Assembly (NCBI GenBank): GCA_037141075.1
Contig: JBAXDG010000001.1
Location: 1,811 to 65,810, forward strand
Direction: 5' to 3'
Length of the DNA stretch: 64,000 nucleotides
From: Kiritimatiellales bacterium
GTDB taxonomy: Bacteria; Verrucomicrobiota; Kiritimatiellia; Kiritimatiellales; Tichowtungiaceae
The translations under genes were made by a program, and so were the position numbers. This document shows positions 30,976 to 39,365 of the stretch, piece by piece (within the stretch, counting starts at the first letter, position 1; each line of letters opens with the position of its first letter). The notes beneath the pieces are model-generated. The model saw nothing but the letters and a program-made list of their open reading frames with translations. It was not told where the DNA came from and did no database searches.

Positions 30976-33291
30976 ATGTATCGAAGCCGAATCGTGGTTC
31001 TGTTGTTGGTTTGTTCTTTTTCCCATTCATTTGCCCAGGACGGGTCTGGACATCCGGCGTTGAGCGATGAAGAACGTGCAGCGCGGCGGGCGCAGTTTGC
31101 TCAAAGGTTGCTGCAGGAGGGCGGAGCAGGCGGCGCAAGCGGTCCCACCAGTGCCGCGGTACGCGATCAGGCGGTGACCACTCAGCGCCCAGCTGAAGGC
31201 GGGCAGCTTGAAACCACCCGTCAGGCGACCGCGACAGGCTCCGAAGTGACGGTAAACTGGGAGAACATCACGCTGAAGGACAGTATCGAAGTCCTCTGCC
31301 GCGACCTCGGGATGGAATTTATCATTTCCCCTTCGGTGAATGTCTCGCAAGAAGTGAGCGTACGGGCTGGCGATGTAACCCGCTGGACGACGCAGGACAA
31401 GCAGGAGCTTTTTGACGCGATTCTTGAAACCGCCGGTGTGCAGAAAGTTCAGCGCGGCCGGGTCTGGGTTTTTTCGCCCTCCGACATTCGTCCGGTGGTT
31501 GAGGCCTTCAAAGACAGTAAATACGGCGACGGTAAGCCGGTGATCGGCATGATCAAACTGAAGAGTATTGACGCATCGCAGGCCGAGCCGTTTTTGAATA
31601 CGGTCGGCGGCAAGCCGCAGCGCGTTTTCGCCATGAAAGGCTCCCGTATGGTGCTGGTGCTTGGCACTCAGCAGTTCCTGACGCAGATGGAAGAACTCGT
31701 TAAACTGATCGATTTTCCGCCGGGCGTTTTGAGTCCTTACGCGCTCGAAAACGCCTCTTCCGACGACATGGTCAAAGAGCTGACGGCCATTTTTAACGGA
31801 CGGACCGGCGGAGACGGGGAGTCGATCCGCTTTACATCCGTGGCGCGATTGAATGTAGTGGTTGCGCTCAATGTTTCCGAGGGAATGACCGATGAAGTAA
31901 CCAAGTGGATCAAACTGCTGGACCGTTCCGATGTTGCCAATGAACGCGCCACCCGCGTTTACCGGTTACAGGTTATTGACGCGGAAACGATTGGCAAAAC
32001 GCTGGCCTCACTTTACTCGACCCTTTACAAGCAGACGCAGTCCGACAAAGCGGCGGCGGCAAAGATGGCGGCGGCGGCCTCCAAGAGCGGCGCGAACGCG
32101 AAGAAGAGCAGCGACTCAGCTCCGGCAAAGGCGGGCGGTTCCGAGGCCGCTCCGAAAGCGAATGCCTCGAAAGCGGATGCTCCGGCGGCCAAGTCGGCGG
32201 ACGCCTCGTCGCAATCCTCACCCAGTATGGAGGAGGAAGCGGTGATTCTGACGGATAAAGACACCAACACGTTGATTGTCAATGCAACGCCGGATCAGCA
32301 CCGTGACATTGAGCGGACCATCAAAGAGCTGGATAAGCCGCGCCGTCAGGTGCTGATTGAAACCGTTCTGGTCGAAATGACGCTGAGTGAGGGTATGGAT
32401 TTAGGTGTGGAATGGGCGGCGGCTAAAGGCATTTCTTCTGCCGGACTTCAGTCCGGGCTTAATAGCAGTATAACCCCCTTGAGCAGTATAAACCCCTTAA
32501 CCCCCTTGACCCCTGCAAACCCCTTGTTTAGTACTTTTAACCCCTTGATAGACAGTACTCCGGTCAATAACGGCCTGTCCTATCTGCTCAAAACCAGCGC
32601 CGAAAAATGGGCGTTCATCCAGGCTGCTGAGAACGATAACCGTTTGCAGGTGCTGGCCTCGCCAACCGTGCTGACCCGCGATGGAATGGCCGCGACCGTT
32701 TCCTTCGGGAATGAAGTGCCGGTTCAGGCGCAGAGTCAGACGGACGCAGGGAAGTCGAATTTTTCCTATGACTACCATGATGCGAAAATGATCCTCACGG
32801 TTACGCCGACGATTGACGACAATAAAAACGTCACGCTGGCTCTCTCGCAGGTTCAGCGGCAGGTGAATACGGATACGACAAAGCCGCCAGGGGTAACCAG
32901 TAGCGCGCCAACTTTCACGACGCGCGAAATCAGCTCCAGCCTGCAGGTGGCGAGCGGACAGACCCTGATTCTCGGCGGGTTGATCGCACGTAACGATCAG
33001 GTCATCAAAACCGGCATTCCGCTGCTCTGCCGTATTCCATATATCGGATGGATTTTCGGACGAAACAAGACGATCAAAGTCGGCACTGAAATTCTGATGA
33101 TTCTCACGCCGCACGTTGTGGACACCCGGGATGAAACCGATCTGTTGACCAAAGAGTTTCGCACGAAGATTATGGGGGCGATGTCGATGTCGGCGAAAGA
33201 CACCCGCAAGCTTTATAATCTGGAAGAACCGAAAGTCTCGACGAACGCACTGGTGGATACAGCTTCTGCCGAAGTGAAAAAGGAAGACTAA
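30976..33291 (+). CDS. gspD: Type II secretion secretin
   Basis: Signal peptide; RRQVLIETVLVE, VLASPTVLT, GQTLILGGLI, GIPLLCRIPYIGWIFG, LTPHVV. Confidence 0.92.
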   Translation: MYRSRIVVLLLVCSFSHSFAQDGSGHPALSDEERAARRAQFAQRLLQEGGAGGASGPTSAAVRDQAVTTQRPAEGGQLETTRQATATGSEVTVNWENITLKDSIEVLCRDLGMEFIISPSVNVSQEVSVRAGDVTRWTTQDKQELFDAILETAGVQKVQRGRVWVFSPSDIRPVVEAFKDSKYGDGKPVIGMIKLKSIDASQAEPFLNTVGGKPQRVFAMKGSRMVLVLGTQQFLTQMEELVKLIDFPPGVLSPYALENASSDDMVKELTAIFNGRTGGDGESIRFTSVARLNVVVALNVSEGMTDEVTKWIKLLDRSDVANERATRVYRLQVIDAETIGKTLASLYSTLYKQTQSDKAAAAKMAAAASKSGANAKKSSDSAPAKAGGSEAAPKANASKADAPAAKSADASSQSSPSMEEEAVILTDKDTNTLIVNATPDQHRDIERTIKELDKPRRQVLIETVLVEMTLSEGMDLGVEWAAAKGISSAGLQSGLNSSITPLSSINPLTPLTPANPLFSTFNPLIDSTPVNNGLSYLLKTSAEKWAFIQAAENDNRLQVLASPTVLTRDGMAATVSFGNEVPVQAQSQTDAGKSNFSYDYHDAKMILTVTPTIDDNKNVTLALSQVQRQVNTDTTKPPGVTSSAPTFTTREISSSLQVASGQTLILGGLIARNDQVIKTGIPLLCRIPYIGWIFGRNKTIKVGTEILMILTPHVVDTRDETDLLTKEFRTKIMGAMSMSAKDTRKLYNLEEPKVSTNALVDTASAEVKKED
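32464..32559 (+). repeat. 9/18-nt periodic repeat inside the secretin domain
   Basis: AGCAGTATAACCCCCTTG AGCAGTATAAACCCCTTA ACCCCCTTG ACCCCTGCA AACCCCTTG...; encodes SSITPLSSINPLTPLTPANPL. Confidence 0.7.
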
Positions 33292-33292
33292 T

Positions 33293-34981
33293 ATGGCGTA
33301 CCGTCAGCTGGGCGATATTCTGGTGGCGCAGGGAGCCGTCGGACGCGACGATATTCAGGCGGCGTTGCGCACTCAGCATGCGGATGGCGGCAAAACCCGC
33401 CTCGGGGAACTGCTGATCGAAGCCGGGAAGATTACTCCGGCGAATCTGGCGGCGGCGCTGGCGGCGCAGTTCGACCTGCCGCTTTGCACCTGCGAAAAAC
33501 CGGCGGAGCATCTGCTGATCGACGAAGGTCTGCCATTCGCCTTTCTGATCGAACACCGCATTCTGCTTCTGGCTGGCGAGAACGGTCAGGCCTGTTCGGT
33601 AATTACCGACGATCCGTCCGACTGGTCTGCGTTCGAAGCCATCCAGTTGCAGTTCGGAAAAGATTTGCCGTTGCAGGTGGTTTCGGCTGAACAGATGGGT
33701 GAGGCGCTGGATAGAATTCGCGGCTTCACCGACAACAATCTCAACACCTTGATGAAAGATGCGGAGGTTGTTGAGAAGGGTGACTGGAGCGACGAGGAAG
33801 AGCATTTGCGAGACCTCGCGCTGGAAGTCCCGATTGTCCGCATGGTGAACCTGATCATCACTCAAGCGGTGGATCGGCGAGCCTCCGACATTCATGTCGA
33901 AATCGGCGAGCACCGTCTGCGTATCCGTTACCGCGTGGATGGCGTTTTATACGAAGCGGAGCAGATTGATAAAAAGCACCATGCCGCCGTGGTTTCTCGA
34001 TTGAAGCTGCTGGCCCGTCTGGATATCGCGGAGCATCGCGTTCCGCAGGACGGACGCATTAAAATGATGATTCAGGGTCACGACCTCGATATGCGCGTGG
34101 CGACCACTCCGACAATTTACGGTGAGTGCGTCGTGATTCGCCTGCTGAATCAGCAGCAGGTCGAACTTTCCTTCGGCAGTCTGGGTATGCCGCTGCGCGA
34201 GCAGCAGGGTTTCAAGAAGATGATCGAAGATCCGCAGGGCTTTATTCTGGTGACCGGCCCGACCGGTAGCGGGAAAACCACAACGTTGCACACCGCCTTG
34301 ACTCACCTGAACAGCGAAAAAGTCAAAATCATCACCATTGAAGACCCGGTGGAAATCCGTCTGCCGTCCATCAATCAGATTCAGATGAATCCGAAGATCG
34401 GAATGACCTTTGCCAACGGCTTGCGGTCGATCGTTCGTCAGGACCCCGACATCATCATGGTCGGTGAAATCCGCGACAGCGAAACGGCTGATGTGGCGAT
34501 TCAGGCTTCGCTGACGGGTCACATGGTTTTAAGCACGCTGCATACCAACGATGCCGCCGGCAGTGTCGCGCGGCTGGCCGAAATGGGCGTGAAGAGCTAC
34601 CTCATCGCCTCGGCGCTGAGCGGTGTGCTGGCGCAACGGCTTTGCCGCCGGATCTGTCCGCACTGTTCGGAAGCCTTTACCGTTGCCGGTTCGCATCTGG
34701 CCGATTTTCCTGAAGCGACAGCGGCGGAATACACCCTTCATCGCGGACGGGGCTGTGAGCACTGCGACGGCACCGGCTTCTACGGCCGGATGGGTCTGTA
34801 TGAATTGCTGATTGCCGACGACGAAATGCGTTCGCTCATCCAGCGCACCGCCGAGGCCGGGCCGATTCGCGAGCTGGCCCGCGCCAAAGGCATGCGGCTC
34901 CTGCGTGAGTCCGGCTGGGACGCGGTGATGTCTGGCGCCAGCACGGTTGAAGAAGTGCGGCGCGTAACCCGGTGGGGTTGA
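33293..34981 (+). CDS. gspE: Type II secretion ATPase
   Basis: ASDIHVE, GPTGSGKTTT, TIEDPVE, RQDPDIIMVGEIRD, CxxC zinc motifs. Confidence 0.96.
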   Translation: MAYRQLGDILVAQGAVGRDDIQAALRTQHADGGKTRLGELLIEAGKITPANLAAALAAQFDLPLCTCEKPAEHLLIDEGLPFAFLIEHRILLLAGENGQACSVITDDPSDWSAFEAIQLQFGKDLPLQVVSAEQMGEALDRIRGFTDNNLNTLMKDAEVVEKGDWSDEEEHLRDLALEVPIVRMVNLIITQAVDRRASDIHVEIGEHRLRIRYRVDGVLYEAEQIDKKHHAAVVSRLKLLARLDIAEHRVPQDGRIKMMIQGHDLDMRVATTPTIYGECVVIRLLNQQQVELSFGSLGMPLREQQGFKKMIEDPQGFILVTGPTGSGKTTTLHTALTHLNSEKVKIITIEDPVEIRLPSINQIQMNPKIGMTFANGLRSIVRQDPDIIMVGEIRDSETADVAIQASLTGHMVLSTLHTNDAAGSVARLAEMGVKSYLIASALSGVLAQRLCRRICPHCSEAFTVAGSHLADFPEATAAEYTLHRGRGCEHCDGTGFYGRMGLYELLIADDEMRSLIQRTAEAGPIRELARAKGMRLLRESGWDAVMSGASTVEEVRRVTRWG

Positions 34982-34989
34982 GCCGAATT

Positions 34990-35080
34990 ATGAAATGTGA
35001 AAGATGAACTATGAAATCGGTATTTATAACCTTGGTTAATTTATCCATTTTCATCCTTCATCTTTCATCTTTCATCTTTC
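34990..35080. repeat. Empty heptamer hairpin (same family as cassette A arms) between gspE and gspF
   Basis: 34990-35017 ATGAAAT GTGAAAG ATGAACT ATGAAAT; 35048-35080 TTTTCAT CCTTCAT CTTTCAT CTTTCAT CTTTC; 30-nt loop with no ORF. Confidence 0.85.
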
Positions 35081-35099
35081 TGCCAACGGAGTTGGCGAA

Positions 35100-36314
35100 A
35101 TGATCCGTTTTTCATACAGAGCAATCACCGCTGATGGAACTCCCCACAACGGCTCGCTGGAGGCGCCCGGCAAAGCACAGGCGGCTCTGTCGCTTCAGAA
35201 AAGCGGATTAATTGTTCTCAGCCTGTCGGCCGCCGGCGAACAGGGCTCTTCCGGATCGGCATCCTTCGCGCTGACCGGCCGCGTCAACGCGCAGCATCTG
35301 GTGGACTTTGCCATCGAAACATCGGCGTTGCTTGATGCGAAGGTTCCTCTGGAACAGGTGCTCAAAACACAGACCGACCTCTGTACGCACAAACGGTTCA
35401 AAGAAATGCTCACCTCAATCTGGCAGGATGTGAATGGCGGGGCTTCTTTTGCCGACGCACTGGCGCGGCACCCGAAAACATTCGAACGCTTTTTTGTCAA
35501 TATGGTGCGAGGCGGCGAGGCATCCGGCTCGCTGGAGCTGATCATGCGGCGTATTGCGGAGTTACTGGAACGCCGCATGAAACTGCGCACGAAAGTGGTT
35601 GGCGCGTTGATTTATCCGTCGCTGCTCGTGGTCATGGGCGTCGTGGTGATCAGTGTCATGATGATTTTTGTGGTTCCGAAAATGACGTCGCTGTTCGGGG
35701 ATTCCGGGCGGTTGCTGCCGGCGTCCACGCGGGCGGTGATCGCGATGAGTAATTTTACCCGTTCCAGCTGGTGGCTTTTCCCGCTGGCGTGCGCCGGCCT
35801 GTTTTCCGTTTATAAAATGAAGACCCGCTCCGAAGAAGGGCAGGCCGCTTTCGGGCGCGCCATCTTGAAAATTCCACTGCTTGGAAACCTGATCGCGCAG
35901 GCGGAGACCAGCCGCTTCTGCCGTATGATGAGTTCGCTGCTCGACGGACAGGTTCCGATTCTTTCCGCTCTCTCGATCACCGGCGGCACGCTGGGCAACG
36001 CGGCGCTGCGTAAGCTGATGAAAGAAGTCTATTCCCGTGTGCAGGGCGGCCAGCCGATGGGGCCGCTTCTTCAGGCCAGTCCGGAATTTCCGGAGCTGGC
36101 TTCGCGCATGATCACCATGGGCGAGGAGTCCGGCGAATTGCAGACGATGCTCAACAAAGTGGCCGATCGCTACGAAGAAAAAGTGGCCGCCACCACCGAG
36201 CGGCTGGTCGGCGTGATCGAGCCGGTTTTTATTATCTTAATGGGGATCGTCGTCGGGTTCATTGTCATCAGCATGATGCAGGGCATTATGGCGATGAGTA
36301 CGTCGGCGGGATAA
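35100..36314 (+). CDS. gspF: Type II secretion inner-membrane platform protein
   Basis: GASFADAL..HPKTF..FFVNMVRGGEASGSL, ALIYP, GEESGEL..ML, EPVFIILMG. Confidence 0.95.
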   Translation: MIRFSYRAITADGTPHNGSLEAPGKAQAALSLQKSGLIVLSLSAAGEQGSSGSASFALTGRVNAQHLVDFAIETSALLDAKVPLEQVLKTQTDLCTHKRFKEMLTSIWQDVNGGASFADALARHPKTFERFFVNMVRGGEASGSLELIMRRIAELLERRMKLRTKVVGALIYPSLLVVMGVVVISVMMIFVVPKMTSLFGDSGRLLPASTRAVIAMSNFTRSSWWLFPLACAGLFSVYKMKTRSEEGQAAFGRAILKIPLLGNLIAQAETSRFCRMMSSLLDGQVPILSALSITGGTLGNAALRKLMKEVYSRVQGGQPMGPLLQASPEFPELASRMITMGEESGELQTMLNKVADRYEEKVAATTERLVGVIEPVFIILMGIVVGFIVISMMQGIMAMSTSAG

Positions 36315-36844
36315 GGGAACGGAAGAGTGGAAGGTTGGAAGAATGGTGATGGAATACACCCAAAGAAAAAATATTAACCGGGGATATCGGAAGCTGTGTG
36401 TTTGGCAGGATGCCATCGAATACTACGCTTTGACCTGCGGGATATTTATGAAGTTTCCTTACGAATTAAAGCGCATCGCCTCCAACCATATTGCATCGGT
36501 CGATTCCATTCATCGGAATATCGCCGAAGGATTTTGCCGCCGGTCGCTCAAGGAATATCTGGTGTTCTTGAACTATGCGCTGGCTTCTGCAGGAGAATCC
36601 GTTTCCGGGCTTCACGCTTATATGCATTCCGGCCAAATTGCGACCGGACAGTTCGAGGAGATGGATCAACTCGCCTACAAGATAGAGAACGGTTTGAAGA
36701 AGCTGATCGAAAGTCTGCAACTCAAACAACAGGACAAGGATTGGGACGACAGTTTTATTATCAAAGAGAGCAATGTTCAATATCTCACAGAACGGGAGAG
36801 GGCGGATGATTCTTCCATCCTTCCTCCCTTCCAAACTTCCAACC
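36315..36844. repeat. Complementary octamer repeat arms flanking four-helix-bundle gene C
   Basis: 36321-36344 GGAAGAGT GGAAGGTT GGAAGAAT; 36809-36840 ATTCTTCC ATCCTTCC TCCCTTCC AAACTTCC. Confidence 0.85.
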
Positions 36845-36873
36845 CAAAAGCAGAGGAAATGAACCATGAATAA
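36343..36873 (+). CDS. Four helix bundle protein, copy C (C-terminal extension)
   Basis: RGYRKLCVWQDAI...SIHRNIAEGFCRRSLKEYLVFLNYALASAGE; the 3' end reads through the right repeat arm. Confidence 0.88.
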   Translation: MVMEYTQRKNINRGYRKLCVWQDAIEYYALTCGIFMKFPYELKRIASNHIASVDSIHRNIAEGFCRRSLKEYLVFLNYALASAGESVSGLHAYMHSGQIATGQFEEMDQLAYKIENGLKKLIESLQLKQQDKDWDDSFIIKESNVQYLTERERADDSSILPPFQTSNPKAEEMNHE

Positions 36874-37315
36874 ACGAAACAAACGTAATAACTGCAACCG
36901 TAACGCCGGCTTTACACTGGTTGAACTGCTGGTGGTGCTGGTGATTCTAATGGTGATCGGAACAATTGCCGTGCAGAACTTCGGCGGTGAAGAAGACAAG
37001 GCCAAGGTGAAAGCCACGAAAGCGTCCTTTACGTCGCTCGAAAATGCGCTCGAACGCTTCAAGCTGGATGTCGGCCGTTATCCGACGGCGGAAGAAGGTT
37101 TGGCGGCGCTGTACGACGCGCCCGACGGAGTCGAAGGCTGGGCCGGTAAATATTTGACGAAGCGCCGGTCGCTGAAAGACGCATGGGAAAACGATTATGT
37201 TTATGTGATTCCCGGGCCGGACAACGAACCGTTTGAAATTAGGTCCTACGGCGCGGACAAGGTGGAAGGCGGCGAAAAATTCAACGCCGATCTCTCCAAC
37301 CTTGACGAAAAGTAG
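36866..37315 (+). CDS. gspG: Major pseudopilin
   Basis: AG|FTLVELLVV, ALERFKLDVGRYP..EEGL.AL, W.G.YL, DAWENDYVY..PG, SYGADKVEGG. Confidence 0.95.
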   Translation: MNKRNKRNNCNRNAGFTLVELLVVLVILMVIGTIAVQNFGGEEDKAKVKATKASFTSLENALERFKLDVGRYPTAEEGLAALYDAPDGVEGWAGKYLTKRRSLKDAWENDYVYVIPGPDNEPFEIRSYGADKVEGGEKFNADLSNLDEK

Positions 37316-37335
37316 GAAATTGGAAGGTTGGAAGA

Positions 37336-38061
37336 ATGGAAGGTCGGAAGCCCAGTTTGGAGTGCGGCGGGAAACGAAGTGCCACGCCGCTTTTTCATCC
37401 GCAAAGAGCGGTGTCGTCCGTTGGTTGCCACCGCACTCCAAAGCGTTGCAATGCCGCGTTCACATTGATCGAATTGCTGGTGGTGCTGGCAATTATCTCG
37501 ATCATGGTCGGCGTGGCAGTCGCCACGCTCTCCGGAGCCGGTACGCCGAAGCAGCAGCTGCGCCGCGAAGCCCGCGACTTAACCAAACTGCTTAAAGAGG
37601 CGCGGCAGGCCGCGATGGAGCGCAAACTGAAAGTGGATGTTTATGTCGAGCCGTCTGTTCGTGCGGTTTGCGCGGTTGAATCCGGGTATGCACGCAAGCT
37701 GCTGGCGGACAACGCGGAGTTCTTTACGGATGAAACCAGTCTGAAGGAACTGGTGCCGGAAACAAACCGGTTCTTCCGGGTGACAACCTTTCCGGAAGAG
37801 ATCGCCGTGGAAGCCTTTGCGCTAAGTGATATTGAGCCGGAAAAAACCGGGGAGGAACCGCTGTTTGAATCGGTGCCGAAAGAAGTTCCAATGACTGGAA
37901 CCGAAACCCCCGAAGTCAGCCGGGCGGTTTTCAGTTTTACACATCTGGGCGGCGCCTCCGGCGGTGGAGTCAGCGTGGTGCGCAACGGACTGCGCGTTGA
38001 TATCGCCTGCGATCTGCTTACCGGACTGCCGGAAATTGTTCAGCGGAAGGCGGCGCAGTGA
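37336..38061 (+). CDS. Minor pseudopilin (GspH-like) with repeat-derived leader
   Basis: AA|FTLIELLVVLAII prepilin motif; position after gspG. Confidence 0.8.
   Translation: MEGRKPSLECGGKRSATPLFHPQRAVSSVGCHRTPKRCNAAFTLIELLVVLAIISIMVGVAVATLSGAGTPKQQLRREARDLTKLLKEARQAAMERKLKVDVYVEPSVRAVCAVESGYARKLLADNAEFFTDETSLKELVPETNRFFRVTTFPEEIAVEAFALSDIEPEKTGEEPLFESVPKEVPMTGTETPEVSRAVFSFTHLGGASGGGVSVVRNGLRVDIACDLLTGLPEIVQRKAAQ
37356..37442. repeat. 87-bp REP-like palindrome, copy 1 (in frame in a prepilin leader)
   Basis: TTTGGAGTGCGGCGGGAAACGAAGTGCCACGCCGCTTT...AAGAGCGGTGTCG...TTGCCACCGCACTCCAAA; nested stems. Confidence 0.85.
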
Positions 38062-38549
38062 AACGCTTGCGGAAAATTTTGGAGTGCGGCGGGAAACGAA
38101 GTGCCACGCCGCTTTTATATTCGCGAAGAGCGGTGTCGCCTATCGGTTGCCACCGCACTCCAGAACGTTGCAGCGCGGGCTTCTCCCTGCTGGAGGTTCT
38201 GGTGGCGCTGGCGATTTTTGCGATTGCCGCCGGCGGGGTTCTCGTGGCGCTGGGACATCATTTAAAAAATGTGTCGTTTCTGCAGGACCACTCGCGGGCG
38301 GTGCGGATTGCTTCCCGAGAAATGAATGCAATGCGACGGATGCCTACTGCTCTGGAAGAAGTAGCGGAAGGTTCTGAAGATCGCTTTTCCTGGATGTCTT
38401 TGGCCAGCACCGAAGGACTTGAGGAGTGGCCGGGGCTGACCTCGTCGACGGGAACGCCCGTGCGGCTTTCGGTGACGGTTCAGTGGAGTGACAGTGCGGG
38501 CGGGCCGCCGGCGGGAAAGGTTCGGCTGGACGGCTTTGAGGTTTTTTAG
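38058..38549 (+). CDS. Minor pseudopilin (GspI-like) with repeat-derived leader
   Basis: AG|FSLLEVLVALAIFAI; GTG start overlapping the upstream stop. Confidence 0.8.
   Translation: MKRLRKILECGGKRSATPLLYSRRAVSPIGCHRTPERCSAGFSLLEVLVALAIFAIAAGGVLVALGHHLKNVSFLQDHSRAVRIASREMNAMRRMPTALEEVAEGSEDRFSWMSLASTEGLEEWPGLTSSTGTPVRLSVTVQWSDSAGGPPAGKVRLDGFEVF
38078..38164. repeat. 87-bp REP-like palindrome, copy 2 (in frame in a prepilin leader)
   Basis: TTTGGAGTGCGGCGGGAAACGAAGTGCCACGCCGCTTT...AAGAGCGGTGTCG...TTGCCACCGCACTCCAGA; same length as copy 1. Confidence 0.85.
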
Positions 38550-38558
38550 GGCAGGAGA

Positions 38559-39365
38559 ATGATGAGAAAAGTGGAACATTGGAAGAATCGAAGCAGGGAT
38601 GTTGAATATTCAGCATCCCATCCTTCCATCCTTCCATCCTTCCACTCTTCCGCTTTCACGCTCATTGAGCTGCTGGTTGCGCTTGCGCTGCTGGGAATTC
38701 TCGGCGCTTCGCTGGCCGGAGTTTTGCGTAACTCAACGGACTCGGTGGATCAGGCTCAGGCGTCGGTGGATCACCTGACCCGCTTGCGCTCGCTGGATTT
38801 GGTTCTGGGCGGCGCTCTGCGTGATGCGGTCACACTGACGTTGTCAGACACCGAGCAGAAGATGCTGGCCGATCAGGTTTCTTTCGATGCGGCGGCCGGG
38901 ACGATCCGGTTCCACGGCGAAGAGCAATCGCTCGGGTTCTGTCTGCAACGGCCGTTTTTGTCTGCCGAGCGCGACGGATATACGCACTGGATTTCGCTGG
39001 ATATCCGGCAGGATGAAAAGACGGAACGCCGTTCACTTTGGCTCCGCGATGTTTCGTTTATTCCCGGTGTCGACAATCCGGTCGGCGACGACTGGGGCGG
39101 GCTGGATGGCGAAGTGGCCGAGCGTCTTCCGGTTCAGGAAGTTTGCCTGGTTCGCGATGCGGCGACGTTGAGTTTTCATTTCTGGGCCCTTCCGGAAGAC
39201 GGCGTCAGCGATCCCGAGGAAATGGAGCCGGATGCTATTGCCGGGGACTATGCGCTGGATACTCCCGATTATATTGAGATGGAAATTAAAATGCCGAAGG
39301 GCTCGGCGGAAGTGCTGACGTTTGATTACAGCCTGAGGGAGAAGCTGCCGTTATGGGCACAGTAA
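38559..39365 (+). CDS. Minor pseudopilin (GspJ-like) with repeat-derived leader
   Basis: SA|FTLIELLVALALLGIL; position in the cluster. Confidence 0.8.
   Translation: MMRKVEHWKNRSRDVEYSASHPSILPSFHSSAFTLIELLVALALLGILGASLAGVLRNSTDSVDQAQASVDHLTRLRSLDLVLGGALRDAVTLTLSDTEQKMLADQVSFDAAAGTIRFHGEEQSLGFCLQRPFLSAERDGYTHWISLDIRQDEKTERRSLWLRDVSFIPGVDNPVGDDWGGLDGEVAERLPVQEVCLVRDAATLSFHFWALPEDGVSDPEEMEPDAIAGDYALDTPDYIEMEIKMPKGSAEVLTFDYSLREKLPLWAQ
38573..38651. repeat. Empty octamer hairpin (cassette C family) forming the GspJ-like leader
   Basis: GGAACATT GGAAGAAT CGAAGCAG GGATGTTGAATATTCAGCATCC C ATCCTTCC ATCCTTCC ATCCTTCC ACTCTTCC. Confidence 0.85.

Noticed and set aside
36315-38651. Periodic repeats or the 87-bp pair as a CRISPR array
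   Set aside because: No constant 23-47-bp repeat with unique spacers and no cas genes.
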